Assembly: GCA_963662465.1 (NCBI GenBank)
Contig: OY759599.1
Coordinates: 3,296,001-3,360,000 of the forward strand
Length of the DNA: 64,000 nt
Direction: 5' to 3'
Source: Desulfatiglandales bacterium
GTDB lineage: Bacteria > Desulfobacterota > DSM-4660 > Desulfatiglandales > Desulfatiglandaceae
In this document: piece by piece, positions 43,738-55,607 of the stretch
Layout of the letters: the number at the start of each line of letters is the position of its first letter
Numbering within the stretch: position 1 is the first letter of the stretch
The notes under the pieces: model-generated
Database searches by the model: none
The model's input: the letters and a program-made list of their open reading frames with translations, nothing else
Told to the model about the DNA's origin: nothing
Position numbers and translations under genes: made by a program

Positions 43738-44937
43738 TTGGTAGAAATAGGTAAAATCGCAGTGGAAACGACGATTCAGGGCATCTTTCTTCTTGGCTAT
43801 GCCCTCTATAATCAGACGCATTGTCTTCCGGAACATATTCGTGAGGCGGCTCATCGTCTGATGTCCTGCCGCACGTCCATTCTGGGGAGGCACGTCCAGG
43901 CATGTCCGGATGGTCACTTCCAGAGGGTCTGGTATAACTCGTGTAAACACCGTATGTGCCCACTCTGCGCCTTCACCCAGGTTGAGCGGTGGCTGGCAAA
44001 ACAAAAGGCCCGACTCCTGAGTGCCGAGCATTTCCACGTTATTTTCACCATCTCCGATGAATTGCATGACTTATGGCGGCTGAACCGTAAAGTCATGGCC
44101 AATCTGCTGTTCAAAAGCACGACCGAGACCCTTTCCGAACTCCTTGGAGACCCGAAGCATTTGGGGGCCAAAGTCGGCATCATTGCCTCGTTGCATACCT
44201 GGAGCCGAAAATTGGATTTTCATCCCCATTTGCATTGTTTGGTGACGGCCGGTGGTCTGTCCGCCGGCGAGTGGATTGCTTCATCAAAAACGTTTCTTCT
44301 GCCGTTTGGCATTGTCCGGGCGGTTTTTCGAGGAAAATATCTCCACTATTTGAGAAAAGCCCTTGCCCGTGAAGAACTGATTCTGCCCGAAGGCATGGGA
44401 CCGCAGCAGGCGCGAAACCTGTTTAATAAGTTGGGGCGCCGTAAGAAGTGGAACGTTAAACTCAAGGAGACCTATTCATACGGAGAAGGGGTCTTAATTT
44501 ACCTGGCCCGGTATCTGAGAGGCGGACCGATCTCAAATAAACGCATCTTCCGCATTGAAAACGGAAACGTCACCTTCAATTACGGTCGTGAGCGGATAAG
44601 ACTCATTACTTTGCCGATTCAAACCTTTATCGGCCGCTACCTGCAACACGTTCCCCTGGCGAATTCCATGATGGTGCGTTCATACGGCCTTTACCATCAC
44701 AACGCAAAAAAAGAACTGGCACGCTGCCGGGAAATACTGGGACAACCGGCACTTGAAGATACGGAATTTCTGGACTGGCAGAGTCTGTGGCAGCAGCGAA
44801 GCGACGAGCAACCGGATTGTTGCCCAGTTTGCGGGAAACGTCTTATTACGTTGAAAATAGTTGCACCGGTAAGAAAGTCAAAAAGTCTTCCGAGGTTCAA
44901 TAAGGACCCGGATACGGTATATGCACAGGCAGCGTAA
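43738..44937 (+). CDS. IS91-family transposase
   Basis: SCKHRMCPLC, HTW...FHPHLH, YLARY; ori-like caatctccatag at ~45120. Confidence 0.9.
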   Translation: MVEIGKIAVETTIQGIFLLGYALYNQTHCLPEHIREAAHRLMSCRTSILGRHVQACPDGHFQRVWYNSCKHRMCPLCAFTQVERWLAKQKARLLSAEHFHVIFTISDELHDLWRLNRKVMANLLFKSTTETLSELLGDPKHLGAKVGIIASLHTWSRKLDFHPHLHCLVTAGGLSAGEWIASSKTFLLPFGIVRAVFRGKYLHYLRKALAREELILPEGMGPQQARNLFNKLGRRKKWNVKLKETYSYGEGVLIYLARYLRGGPISNKRIFRIENGNVTFNYGRERIRLITLPIQTFIGRYLQHVPLANSMMVRSYGLYHHNAKKELARCREILGQPALEDTEFLDWQSLWQQRSDEQPDCCPVCGKRLITLKIVAPVRKSKSLPRFNKDPDTVYAQAA

Positions 44938-45178
44938 AACGATAATAAACATGAGCATATTCAAAAAGGCACTTGAATGGCGAGACGTTTGGTAAAGGGA
45001 TAAATAACGCGATATTTCAGGGTTTTTGACGGATCATGCAATTGAAAGCAGGAATTTTATCATCCTTAACCGGCCATGACGGGTTAAAAAAAGGTCACGC
45101 GACAGCTGAGAAGCTCCCTCAATCTCCATAGCCGATCTCCTGCTTCCGGCAAAGTATGTGCTGATGACCCGCAGCTCT

Positions 45179-45309
45179 GTCCAACACCCCGTTGAACTGG
45201 AAAACTGGTATTGGGAGATAAACCGAAATGCGTTGGTTCCTACGAAGTCACCAGCTGGAATGATAATATATTTTTTTGAACCCGTTTTCCAGTTAACTAA
45301 ACGATGGTT
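45179..45309 (+). repeat. attC-like site with degenerate R'
   Basis: gtccAAC...ttgaactggaaaac pairs with gttttccagttaa; R' reads gatggtt. Confidence 0.6.
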
Positions 45310-45650
45310 GCAGTGGAAACACGCCGTGCTATTCAAATCTACAAAATGCTATAAATGCAGTTGAAAGTGGTGGAACGATCAGGGTAGGTAGGGGCTCTTT
45401 TACTGAGCCATACACCCTAAACAATCAAAAATCCATAAACGTGTATGGCGGATGGAATGAGACCTTTTCAATTCAAAGCCCGAATACAACTTTCCTGGTA
45501 ACGCCAAGAGTATCCAACGGTGGATTGAAGTTCGGGTGCGTCACCTTTAAACCGTAAGGCTTTTTAGTTGCCGTCGTCTAAAGACGACTTTCGGCCATTA
45601 CATGTAGTTCGTTTGGGCAAAATGAGAAGATTTTGGGAATGTAAATTATA

Positions 45651-45887
45651 ATGAGTGAATTCGAGGTCATTGGAGAGATAGGTGCCGTCGAGTTGATCGC
45701 TAGAGGCCCTGGTATCCGCGACATAACCCGATTGAACCGTCAATACGGAAAGGGGAAATGGAGAAAACTTAAGGGATACGCCCCTGTTCGTTTAAGAACA
45801 GGCCGCGTCCGAATGGCTGAGCTTCATTGGTATGAGGCCCATGGAATTGGCAAAAGAGAAATGAAACGAAAGCGGTATGTGGAATAA
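45651..45887 (+). CDS. Small conserved-looking protein, putative toxin
   Basis: WRKLKG...AELHWYEAHGIG; first gene of a two-gene module. Confidence 0.6.
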   Translation: MSEFEVIGEIGAVELIARGPGIRDITRLNRQYGKGKWRKLKGYAPVRLRTGRVRMAELHWYEAHGIGKREMKRKRYVE

Positions 45888-45889
45888 TC

Positions 45890-46126
45890 ATGAAAGAATC
45901 CTTCGAAAAACAATATATATATGTCGTGTGTATCGATAACACCGACTATCCGACATCCCTAGAGCGGCACAAGATCTACAAAGTTGTTCCAGACGAGGAT
46001 GCAGCGGCAGATGGCGACATTAGAGTCATTGATGAAAGCGGAGAAGATTACCTCTACTCGTCAGAGAGGTTCGTTCCAATCCGTGTACCTGCTGCTGTAA
46101 GGAAATCGCTGGAGATGCTTGCTTAG
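45890..46126 (+). CDS. Small acidic protein, putative antitoxin
   Basis: VCIDN.DYP.SLE..KIY...IRVIDESGEDYLY. Confidence 0.6.
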   Translation: MKESFEKQYIYVVCIDNTDYPTSLERHKIYKVVPDEDAAADGDIRVIDESGEDYLYSSERFVPIRVPAAVRKSLEMLA

Positions 46127-46732
46127 AGAAAGGCCGGGCTTGCTAATTTGGCCGATCAGGTGCGCCAATGCTAAGTTCAGGTTTTCGCACTGGGGTAGCT
46201 TTGGCGTGGATTATCCGGTTCTATGCCTTTGTTACGTCTGTATGCGTAGGGATTCGAATGTACAAAGGAATAAGTCGTCATGTTTTATGAAAGTGAGGCC
46301 TAATTACTCCGTGATCCCGTGTAGTTAAAAACTTCGAGATCGGTTATGGGGATAGGGAGGAGCCTCACAGCTCCCCCCTCCCACACCACCGTACATACGG
46401 GTCCGTATACGGCGATTCGGCTGGTCAGAGCAGGCAAGGATAAAACAGGTTCCGCCCTACCGGGTTTTCCAGAATGCGACGTTATCGACCTTTCAGCTAC
46501 TGCTGCATTAGACCAATAAGTACACGTTCTTTGACAACCACAACCATTTACCCCTGCCATTCGGCAGGTGGCACCGTTCGGGCCTTCACCGGAGTGAGGC
46601 CTCCCTTTATTCAGGGCTCGTTTCTCCGGCTTAATATGCCCTCTGCTGACTCCCGTTACGCGGTGGGCTCCCCTTTCGGTTCGCTCACTCGTAGTTTCCG
46701 CAATCTGTCGAGTCCATTTGTTTGTGTTTCCC

Positions 46733-48738
46733 CGCATAAGTCTAAATGTTGTGGGGTTGTATAACCCATCAAAATTAAAAGGCGTTTTCGGTAAACAAGA
46801 ATGCATTATGAACCTTCATAACTTGAATCCAAGGTAAGTCAAATGTTTGGCCGTTGGCTAATTCAAAGGGACTTTTATGAGCATTTTTTGCGCCAGGTAA
46901 AAATGGGACAAAATTCCTGATAGTCGCATGTGCTCGAAAGAAAAGACTTGCCCATTTCTTATCTCGAAAACTCTCAATTTGTTTTAGTTTACGTTTGATT
47001 CCTTTTAAATAATTGTCAACAATGGAGGTTGTTTGTTTTATCCCATTTCTATTTTTATGAGAGGTATAATGAGTGGCATTTTCTTTTAATTCTACTACCC
47101 TCTTTTTTAGTAATGGATGAGAAAATGCATCGTCATCTAATGCCTTAATCTTTACTTCCAAGTTAACTTTAGATGTGGATGTTTTCAAAACTTTCTTAAA
47201 TTTTTTATAAAGCTTGTCCACTTCTTGGTCGGTACATTTTGATTCTTTTTGATATTTTGATAGTGCATCGTAGAAGTTTTTCAAACAATGACGATGGCAA
47301 TATCCGACCCAAATGTTATGGAATACGGTCTTGATAGCATTGGTTGAGGCTTTCCACTTATCTTTTGTTACACCAAGGATTTTGAAGTCGATTTTTTGCA
47401 AAAAATCCTCAAATGAACCGCACAGGTTTTCTTCATCAACATGATCAACATAATCGGAGTGCCATACTAATAAATTTTCAGGATCGACCATAACTACAGA
47501 ATAAGTTCTTAAATTTGGTTCTTTTTCAAAGCCCTCATCTTCCTGTAGATATCCTGAGCCTTTCACTCCTGCTCTTGTTAGTATTGTTGCAGGATGAAGT
47601 GTTCCTGCCCATCGATTCCAGTTCAAGATGGTCTGTTTGCTTTTGACACTTTTTTTGCCAATAATTTTAAGGCTTTCGATGGCTCCTTGAATGCTCGCAT
47701 TAAAACGGTACATATTCCGAAATACGTGCCCAATAATCTCTATACCAAAATTCTTTTCCCTTGGGAGAAAGCTGGGAACAAGAGAGAACTTTTGTTTGCA
47801 CTTCCGGCATTGTATCATGCGGATTGGGAATGTCTGTTGTTCTCCTCCATTCATTATTGTTTTTCGAGGATTCCCGCGGAAACCAGATAAAATATATTCT
47901 TTAGGTCCAGAACATGTTGAATTATGGCCTGTGTGGTGATCATATTTATCGAGTTTATCTAATACTTCAATGCGAAACTTCTTACTATCTTTTACGAGAG
48001 CATGATAGCTTTCGGTGTTATTATAAGGAAAGATATATGTTTGATTTCCTCGTTTAGAAACAAGGTCTTCCATTTTCTTTTTTACATTTTCGATTATGGA
48101 TTTATCAAAAGATTTTAACATCCCTATCTCAAATGCAATACTGATTGTACTATCACGACTTTTTACATTATTCAATTTTTTAGTAATATTACTTATCATT
48201 GAACGAATTGAATAAAAGATTCTAATTTTCTGTCGATCCCGTTGTGTTTTTGGAATGCTTTTTTTCCCTTTTATTGGCTTACAAATATCCCATAATTGAC
48301 TTATTAACCTACCAAGTTCATCAATAAGAGCAGACAATGTTACATAAAAATATTGCAATGATTGAAACATCTCCCTTTCATTGATCCATGATCTGATGGC
48401 ATTAATGCATTTCTCAATTTCAAAGAAAATCTCAGGATACTGTTTTGGATCGTAATAACATTGTCTTGCAAGTCTGTTTTGAGCTTTGTCCAACATTGTC
48501 AAAGCTCTCTTAATATTATTAATCATGTGCAACCTCTCTAATTTAACATAGACTGTTGCACTATGATTATGCACACTTATCAAAAAAAGTCCCTAACTTT
48601 TTTCCGCTAAGGCGAATTCAGGAAAAAATGTTTGGCCTCACGAAATGCGCTTTGATTAGGATATTGATTCTGAACCGTTTAACAGATGAAATAATTTCAA
48701 TATGTTAGAGTAAACCCCACAACATTTAGACTTATGCG
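46733..48738 (-). mobile_element. 2006-bp IS, copy 2
   Basis: Same TIRs as copy 1; 8-bp TSD tgtttccc. Confidence 0.9.
46775..48583 (-). CDS. Putative DDE transposase, 602 aa
   Basis: Near-identical to 6451-8259. Confidence 0.8.
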   Translation of the reverse strand: MISVHNHSATVYVKLERLHMINNIKRALTMLDKAQNRLARQCYYDPKQYPEIFFEIEKCINAIRSWINEREMFQSLQYFYVTLSALIDELGRLISQLWDICKPIKGKKSIPKTQRDRQKIRIFYSIRSMISNITKKLNNVKSRDSTISIAFEIGMLKSFDKSIIENVKKKMEDLVSKRGNQTYIFPYNNTESYHALVKDSKKFRIEVLDKLDKYDHHTGHNSTCSGPKEYILSGFRGNPRKTIMNGGEQQTFPIRMIQCRKCKQKFSLVPSFLPREKNFGIEIIGHVFRNMYRFNASIQGAIESLKIIGKKSVKSKQTILNWNRWAGTLHPATILTRAGVKGSGYLQEDEGFEKEPNLRTYSVVMVDPENLLVWHSDYVDHVDEENLCGSFEDFLQKIDFKILGVTKDKWKASTNAIKTVFHNIWVGYCHRHCLKNFYDALSKYQKESKCTDQEVDKLYKKFKKVLKTSTSKVNLEVKIKALDDDAFSHPLLKKRVVELKENATHYTSHKNRNGIKQTTSIVDNYLKGIKRKLKQIESFRDKKWASLFFRAHATIRNFVPFLPGAKNAHKSPFELANGQTFDLPWIQVMKVHNAFLFTENAF

Positions 48739-49186
48739 TGTTTCCCGACCAATAGGCCGGGCTCGTCAGGGCTATGACTCGAAATGTTCCTGACGCCAGG
48801 GTTTTGTTTTACCGGTTTTCCCTTATATTCCGGTAGATTTCAGTTGCAGTTCCCTACGAGACGCAACGGGCCTCCCGGGGTAAACACGTGTCTTTCCGCA
48901 CACGAGCGCCGACAACGTGCCTGGCCTATAGTAGTTAGAGGACTTTGTTCTGTGTTGCGGACTCGTCCCACCAGACCCGCCTCACTCGATTTCTGTTCGT
49001 CGCCCCGTGCGTTTGCGGTGCCCTGCCGCAGCAAGGCCACTGCCTCTCCAGGCCCGTTACCGGGTACCCGGTTGTGATACCGCTACACCCTTCGCCACTA
49101 CCTGGCTGGGTCTGGGACTTGCGTAAAATATCGGAAGCATGGTACATTGCGCGCACCCTTAAGAACACGTGCCGTGCCCGGCACAC

Positions 49187-49270
49187 AACCAAACGCTCCA
49201 CCAGACGCCTGACAGTCCTGCGGTCCTGGCAGGGGCCGAAGGAGGAGGCGCTGGTGAGCTTGTCGTTGGC
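49187..49270 (+). repeat. attC-like site with an intron at each end
   Basis: ggtt|AAC split by C1; GTTggc| followed by A5. Confidence 0.85.
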
Positions 49271-49903
49271 ATGCGACGTGATGTCGCGTAAGTAGCTGTT
49301 TTATATATTGATATAAACCATATAACAAAACCCTGTTTTCTGCAACAGGCATTCTACCGGGACATGCGTCCGGAGTAATCCGGGGGTGTGAAGCTCTCGG
49401 GACAATGAAGCCCGCGGAATTTTCCGGAAGAGGGAACCGTGAGGGGACCTCAACTCTGCAAGCATCATGCGGTGAGGGAGCTAGAATTGAGCAGTACGGT
49501 TAACACATGTGAATCGCTGCAGCGTCGTCACGAGAACAAGCCTAAGATGCTGAAAGGCTTGGACCAAAAGGTACGTGGCCAGGAACGGAGGCTGCGAACT
49601 CCTCCGTCGCAGATGTCGTGCCACCGGCGTAGGGGCGGAACCTAACCTGCTCGGGTACTTACGCGGAACATGGTAAGCCCGTAACCCTCCCCACGGGGAA
49701 AGCGAACCGCAAGGTGAGCCCATGGGGTTGCGGGTAAAGGATGTCAGAAAAAGCGAATGCCTCGTTGTAATGATGGGGATACGGATTGATGGTAATCACC
49801 GACATGATCCGGCTCGAAAGAGAGCAGACTTCTGACCGGTGTTCCATTGCGAGATAATCTGTAGAATCTTCAAACAGGGGAAAGCAGCCAGTGAAACGGG
49901 CGA

Positions 49904-51761
49904 ATGACGGTGGCCGTTTTGGCGACTGGTGCACCTTTGGACGGAACAAACTGGTGGAAATCCATAAACTGGAAAACCGCCGGGGAGCATGTTAGAAGAC
50001 TGCAGGTGCGTATCGCAAAGGCTGTGAAGGAAAAGCGATGGGGAAAAGTCAAGGTGATACAGTGGCTTTTGACTCATTCGTTTTATGCCAAGTTGTTGGC
50101 TATCAAGCGCGTTACTTCCAACCGGGGTAAACGCACACCGGGAGTGGATAAAGTCATATGGTCCACCCACATTGACAAAATGCAAGCGGTAAACGACCTG
50201 CGCCGAAGAGCCTACCGACCCAAACCGCTGCGCCGAATTTACATACCCAAGAAAAACGGCAAGAAACGCCCATTGGGCATTCCCACAATGAAGGACAGAG
50301 CCATGCAGGCATTGTACAAATTGGCGCTTGATCCGGTGGCGGAAACCACCGCCGATCCGAACTCTTACGGGTTCAGACCCTATCGGGGATGTGCGGATGC
50401 CATCGGTCAGTGTTTTATTTCTCTGGCCAAGCGCTACTCACCCGTATCGATTCTGGAGGGAGATATAAAGGCCTGTTTTGATGAAATCAGCCATCAATGG
50501 ATGCTCGAAAATATCCCGATGGATAAACGGACGCTTCAGAAATGGCTGAAAGCCGGGTATGTAGAAGGAGGCAAGCTCTATCCGACATACAGAGGAACCC
50601 CGCAAAGCGGGTTATGCAAAGCTTTGCATAACCCGCCTTATGCAAAGAAAGTAATTATGCAAAGTAAACCGTAAAAGCCATAATAATTCAAGAGATTCTT
50701 GTTGATTTGCTTAGCATAATCTCCACTTATGGTGAATGAGAAAAAGTTCAAAAAATCATTAGACAAAACAAAGGAGCTATTTTTATCCAAAACAAACGAA
50801 GAATGCTGCATCATTTACTTGGCTTTCAAGTCTGAAGTAGTCGTGATATTATGCAAAGTAAATTCAGTGCATATGCTTGAAATATTGCACCTTAACTGAT
50901 TTACTTTGCATAATCGTTAACTTTGCATAAGGCGGGATTATCTCTCCAACATTGGCTAATATGGTCCTGGATGGTCTGGAAGCGGCAGCCAAAAGCACCG
51001 CCCCGATAAGAATTCAGGGAAATATACGATCCAAAATAAACGTAATCCGCTACGCTGATGATTTTATCATCACCGGGAATTCCAGAGAGATGCTAAATGA
51101 GATCAAGCTGGAAATTGAAGCATTTATGGAGCGAAGAGGTCTTTCGCTTTCAGCGGAAAAGACGTTGATCACAAGGATAGAAGAAGGATTTGATTTTCTC
51201 GGACAAAGTTCACGCAAATACGGAGGAAAACTTTTGATAAAGCCCTCTCGCAAAAACGTGAAAGCCTTTTTAGGCAATATCCGGAAAACAATCCGAAAGC
51301 ATGCGGCATCAAGAGCCGACATTCTGATTAAAGTACTCAATCCCAAAATCAGGGGGTGGGCCAATTACCACAGGCATGTGGTTTCCGGTAGAACTTTCGG
51401 GCTTGTAGATCACCGTATCTACAGCTATATTTGGCAATGGATGAGGAGGAAACATTCGGGCAAGAGTAAGAGTTGGCTGGTGGATAAATACTGGTCAAAA
51501 GGATCTCGCCCGTGGTCCTTTTCAGCGGTGATCAAGGACGGCTATGCGAAATCCGCCAGAATTGAACTTGAGAAGGCTTACGACGTCAAGATAAAACGCC
51601 ATGTCAAAATTCGAGGGGATGCGAACCCCTTCGATCCGAAATATGAACAATATTTCAGGAAACGATATGCCCAACGCAGTCAGCAGAAGGCAGACAGGCG
51701 TAAAGAGCATAAAACGTCACAACCGGGTAGCCCCGAAAGGGCTTGCCTTTGGAATGCTTGA
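49904..51761 (+). pseudogene. ltrA: RT/maturase interrupted at the PQGG motif
   Basis: Two halves match the intact RT. Confidence 0.9.
50612..50936. mobile_element. Non-coding dif/RIT-like element, orientation 2
   Basis: Interior is a diverged reverse complement of the 42476 copy. Confidence 0.8.
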
Positions 51762-51979
51762 GCCGTGTGCGTTTAACGGCGCACGCACGGTTCTTAGAGG
51801 GCTGGGGGATGGCAACATCCCCTGGCTACTCGACTTGATGAGCTTCTGCAAAGGAGAAGGAAGATGTTAAGCGTGTATTTGCCGGTAATTGGAAACATCA
51901 ATAAGAGGCCTCGTATCTCGGACTTCGCTTCAGCGCGTTAGCCACTTGAAAATCAGCCTGTAAAGGAGAATGCTTAGCT

Positions 51980-52225
51980 ATGCCAGTAGTCTTCAGGTAC
52001 AAGGGATATCGTTTTTTCTTTTTCTCAAATGAAGGAGATCCACCTGAACCGATTCACATACATGTGCGACGTGGTGAGGCTACAGCAAAGTTCTGGATGT
52101 CACCTCAGATCAGCCTTGCGGAATCATACAATATGAACTCTTCTGAACTCCGCGAACTCATGCGAGTGGCTGAAAAAAACAGGAAACTCATTGAAAGGTA
52201 TTGGGATGAACACTTTAGCATTTAA
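51980..52225 (+). CDS. DUF4160-family protein (TA-like)
   Basis: GYRFFFFSNEGDPPEPIHIHV...AKFW. Confidence 0.8.
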   Translation: MPVVFRYKGYRFFFFSNEGDPPEPIHIHVRRGEATAKFWMSPQISLAESYNMNSSELRELMRVAEKNRKLIERYWDEHFSI

Positions 52226-52475
52226 ACCACGTGCCAAAAAAGTGACTTTTGACTCGGACAACATGTGGGTAGCACTCACCGATGGACGTCAGCTCGGTGT
52301 TCCTATTGCTTACTTCCCACGACTCCTCAATGCAACTGAAGCTCAAAGAGATGATTACATCATCAGCGGCGGAGGTAGTGGCCTGCATTGGGAGGAACTC
52401 GACGAGGACATTTCTGTTAAAGGCCTTTTATTGGGAATTGGTGATAGGACTCGACCTGACAGAAAGGCGGCATGA
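52206..52475 (+). CDS. DUF2442-family protein (TA-like)
   Basis: LTDGR.LGVP...PRLLNAT...GLHWEELDEDISV. Confidence 0.8.
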   Translation: MNTLAFKPRAKKVTFDSDNMWVALTDGRQLGVPIAYFPRLLNATEAQRDDYIISGGGSGLHWEELDEDISVKGLLLGIGDRTRPDRKAA

Positions 52476-52869
52476 CTGCTTTCAGCCACTTCCTTGCTAA
52501 CAGTAACTACAGCAGACAGTCAGAGCGCTGGCGTAGTTGGCAGATAAGCGTGATTCGAAATTGAAATTGATCTTTTTATTCCAAGATGCGCGAGCACTGG
52601 TCGTTGCTCAATATGGCGTTAATCGCAACCCGTCATTAGCATTTTTGAAGGGGAAAGAAACTGTTCAGCGCTCATTCGCCGATAACGGGGATAACGAATA
52701 AGGAAGAAGATCATTTTTTAAAGGCGAGTTGTGCAATGTCCATTTATTTCTATCATATTCCGCTGAATGTGCCAATAGCCATCGAATGTGAAAAAAATAA
52801 GTGATATGCTTATAGCTAGGTCCAAGCTTTTTTGTCATATAATTCCGTGGGGTTAAGAAAATCTATGAG

Positions 52870-52954
52870 CGCCAACCAAACGCTCCAGCGGACCCCTGAA
52901 AGTCTGTCGGTTCTAGCGGGGACCGGTGGAGGGGCCGCTGAACTTGTCGTTCGC
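52870..52954 (+). repeat. attC-like site (family 1), intron inserted in R'
   Basis: cgccAAC...cagcgg...ccgctg...GTTcgc. Confidence 0.85.
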
Positions 52955-53587
52955 GTGCGACGTGATGTCGCGTAAGTAGCTGTTTTATATATTGATATAA
53001 ACCATACAACAAAACCCTGTTTTCTGCAACAGGTATTCTACCGGGACATGCGTCCGGAGTAATCCGGGGGTGTGAAGCTCTCGGGACAATGAAGCCCGCG
53101 GAATTTTCCGGAAGAGGGAACCGTGAGGGGACCTCAACTCTGCAAGCATCATGCGGTGAGGGAGCTAGAATTGAGCAGTACGGTTAACACATGTGAATCG
53201 CTGCAGCGTCGTCACGAGAACAAGCCTAAGATGCTGAAAGGCTTGGACCAAAAGGTACGTGGCCAGGAACGGAGGCTGCGAACTCCTCCGTCGCAGATGT
53301 CGTGCCACCGGCGTAGGGGCGGAACCTAACCTGCTCGGGTACTTACGCGGAACATGGTAAGCCCGTAATCCTCCCCACGGGGAAAGCGAACCGCAAGGTG
53401 AGCCCATGGGGTTGCGGGTAGAGGATGTCAGAAAAAGCGAATGCTCCGTTGTAATGATGGGGATACGGATTGATGGTAATCACCGACATGATCCGGCTCG
53501 AAAGAGAGCAGACTTCTGACCGGTGTTCCATTGCGAGATAATCTGTAGAATCTTCAAACAGGGGAAAGCAGCCAGTGAAACGGGCGA

Positions 53588-55445
53588 ATGACGGTGGCCG
53601 TTCTGGCGACTGGTGCACCTTTGGACGGAACAAACTGGTGGAAATCCATAAACTGGAAAACCGCCGGGGAGCATGTTAGAAGACTGCAGGTGCGTATCGC
53701 AAAGGCTGTGAAGGAAAAGCGATGGGGAAAAGTCAAGGTGATACAGTGGCTTTTGACTCATTCGTTTTATGCCAAGTTGTTGGCTATCAAGCGCGTTACT
53801 TCCAACCGGGGTAAACGCACACCGGGAGTGGATAAAGTCATATGGTCCACCCACATTGACAAAATGCAAACGGTAAACGACCTGCGCCGAAGAGCCTACC
53901 GACCCAAACCGCTGCGCCGAATTTACATACCCAAGAAAAACGGCAAGAAACGCCCATTGGGCATTCCCACAATGAAGGACAGAGCCATGCAGGCATTGTA
54001 CAAATTGGCGCTTGATCCGGTAGCGGAAACCACCGCCGATCCGAACTCTTACGGGTTCAGACCCTATCGGGGATGTGCGGATGCCATCGGTCAGTGTTTT
54101 ATTTCTCTGGCCAAGCGCTACTCACCCGTATGGATTCTGGAGGGAGATATAAAGGCCTGTTTTGATGAAATCAGCCATCAATGGATGCTCGAAAATATCC
54201 CGATGGATAAACGGACGCTTCAGAAATGGCTGAAAGCCGGGTATGTAGAAGGAGGCAAGCTCTATCCGACATACAGAGGAACCCCGCAAGGCGGGTTATG
54301 CAAAGCTTTGCATAACCCGCCTTATGCAAAGAAAGTAATTATGCAAAGTAAACCGTAAAAGCCATAATAATTCAAGAGATTCTTGTTGATTTGCTTAGCA
54401 TAATCTCCACTTATGGTGAATGAGAAAAAGTTCAAAAAATCATTAGACAAAACAAAGGAGCTATTTTTATCCAAAACAAACGAAGAATGCTGCATCATTT
54501 ACTTGGCTTTCAAGTCTGAAGTAGTCGTGATATTATGCAAAGTAAATTCAGTGCATATGCTTGAAATATTGCACCTTAACTGATTTACTTTGCATAATCG
54601 TTAACTTTGCATAAGGCGGGATTATCTCTCCAACATTGGCTAATATGGTCCTGGATGGTCTGGAAGCGGCAGCCAAAAGCACCGCCCCGATAAGAATTCA
54701 GGGAAATATACGGTCCAAGATAAACGTAATCCGCTACGCTGATGATTTTATCATCACCGGGAATTCCAGAGAGATGCTAAATGAGATCAAGCTGGAAATT
54801 GAAGCATTTATGGAGCGAAGAGGTCTTTCGCTTTCAGCGGAAAAGACGTTGATCACAAGGATAGAAGAAGGATTTGATTTTCTCGGACAAAGTTCACGCA
54901 AATACGGAGGAAAACTTTTGATAAAGCCCTCTCGCAAAAACGTGAAAGCCTTTTTAGGCAATATCCGGAAAACAATCCGAAAGCATGCGGCATCAAGAGC
55001 CGACATTCTGATTAAAGTACTCAATCCCAAAATCAGGGGGTGGGCCAATTACCACAGGCATGTGGTTTCCGGTAGAACTTTCGGGCTTGTAGATCACCGT
55101 ATCTACAGCTATATTTGGCAATGGATGAGGAGGAAACATTCGGGCAAGAGTAAGAGTTGGCTGGTGGATAAATACTGGTCAAAAGGATCTCGCCCGTGGT
55201 CCTTTTCAGCGGTGATCAAGGACGGCTATGCGAAATCCGCCAGAATTGAACTTGAGAAGGCTTACGACGTCAAGATAAAACGCCATGTCAAAATTCGAGG
55301 GGATGCGAACCCCTTCGATCCGAAATATGAACAATATTTCAGGAAACGATATGCCCAACGCAGTCAGCAGAAGGCAGACAGGCGTAAAGAGCATAAAACG
55401 TCACAACCGGGTAGCCCCGAAAGGGCTTGCCTTTGGAATGCTTGA
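53588..55445 (+). pseudogene. ltrA: RT/maturase interrupted at PQGG
   Basis: Two halves match the intact RT. Confidence 0.9.
54296..54620. mobile_element. Non-coding dif/RIT-like element, orientation 2
   Basis: Perfect ggcggg direct repeats at 54290-54295 and 54615-54620. Confidence 0.8.
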
Positions 55446-55607
55446 GCCGTGTGCGTTTAACGGCGCACGCACGGTTCTTAGAGGGCTGGGGGATGGTGAC
55501 ATCCCCGGCTACTCGACCCAGAATATTGGCTACAACTGGATCGCAGTGGCGACCAAATAAGTACACAGTGAAGTGTATAAAGATCCATATCCGAGGGCCG
55601 AAAATAG

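Larger units (their letters stand above)
46346..49186 (-). mobile_element. ORF-less group IIC-attC intron C1, interrupted by an IS
   Basis: - strand start GTGTGCCGGGCACGGCACG after attC ...tggtt; IIC-type D5 gaatcgccgtatacggacccgtatgtacggtggtgtg; 827 nt without the IS. Confidence 0.88.
49271..51834 (+). mobile_element. Group II intron A5, RT disrupted
   Basis: Starts ATGCG; 325-bp insert. Confidence 0.92.
52955..55517 (+). mobile_element. Group II intron A6, RT disrupted
   Basis: GTGCG...ctcgAC; 325-bp insert. Confidence 0.92.

Noticed and set aside
52495..52624. tgctaac...gttaatc as an attC after the DUF2442 gene
   Set aside because: Position is plausible but I could not establish arm pairing by eye.
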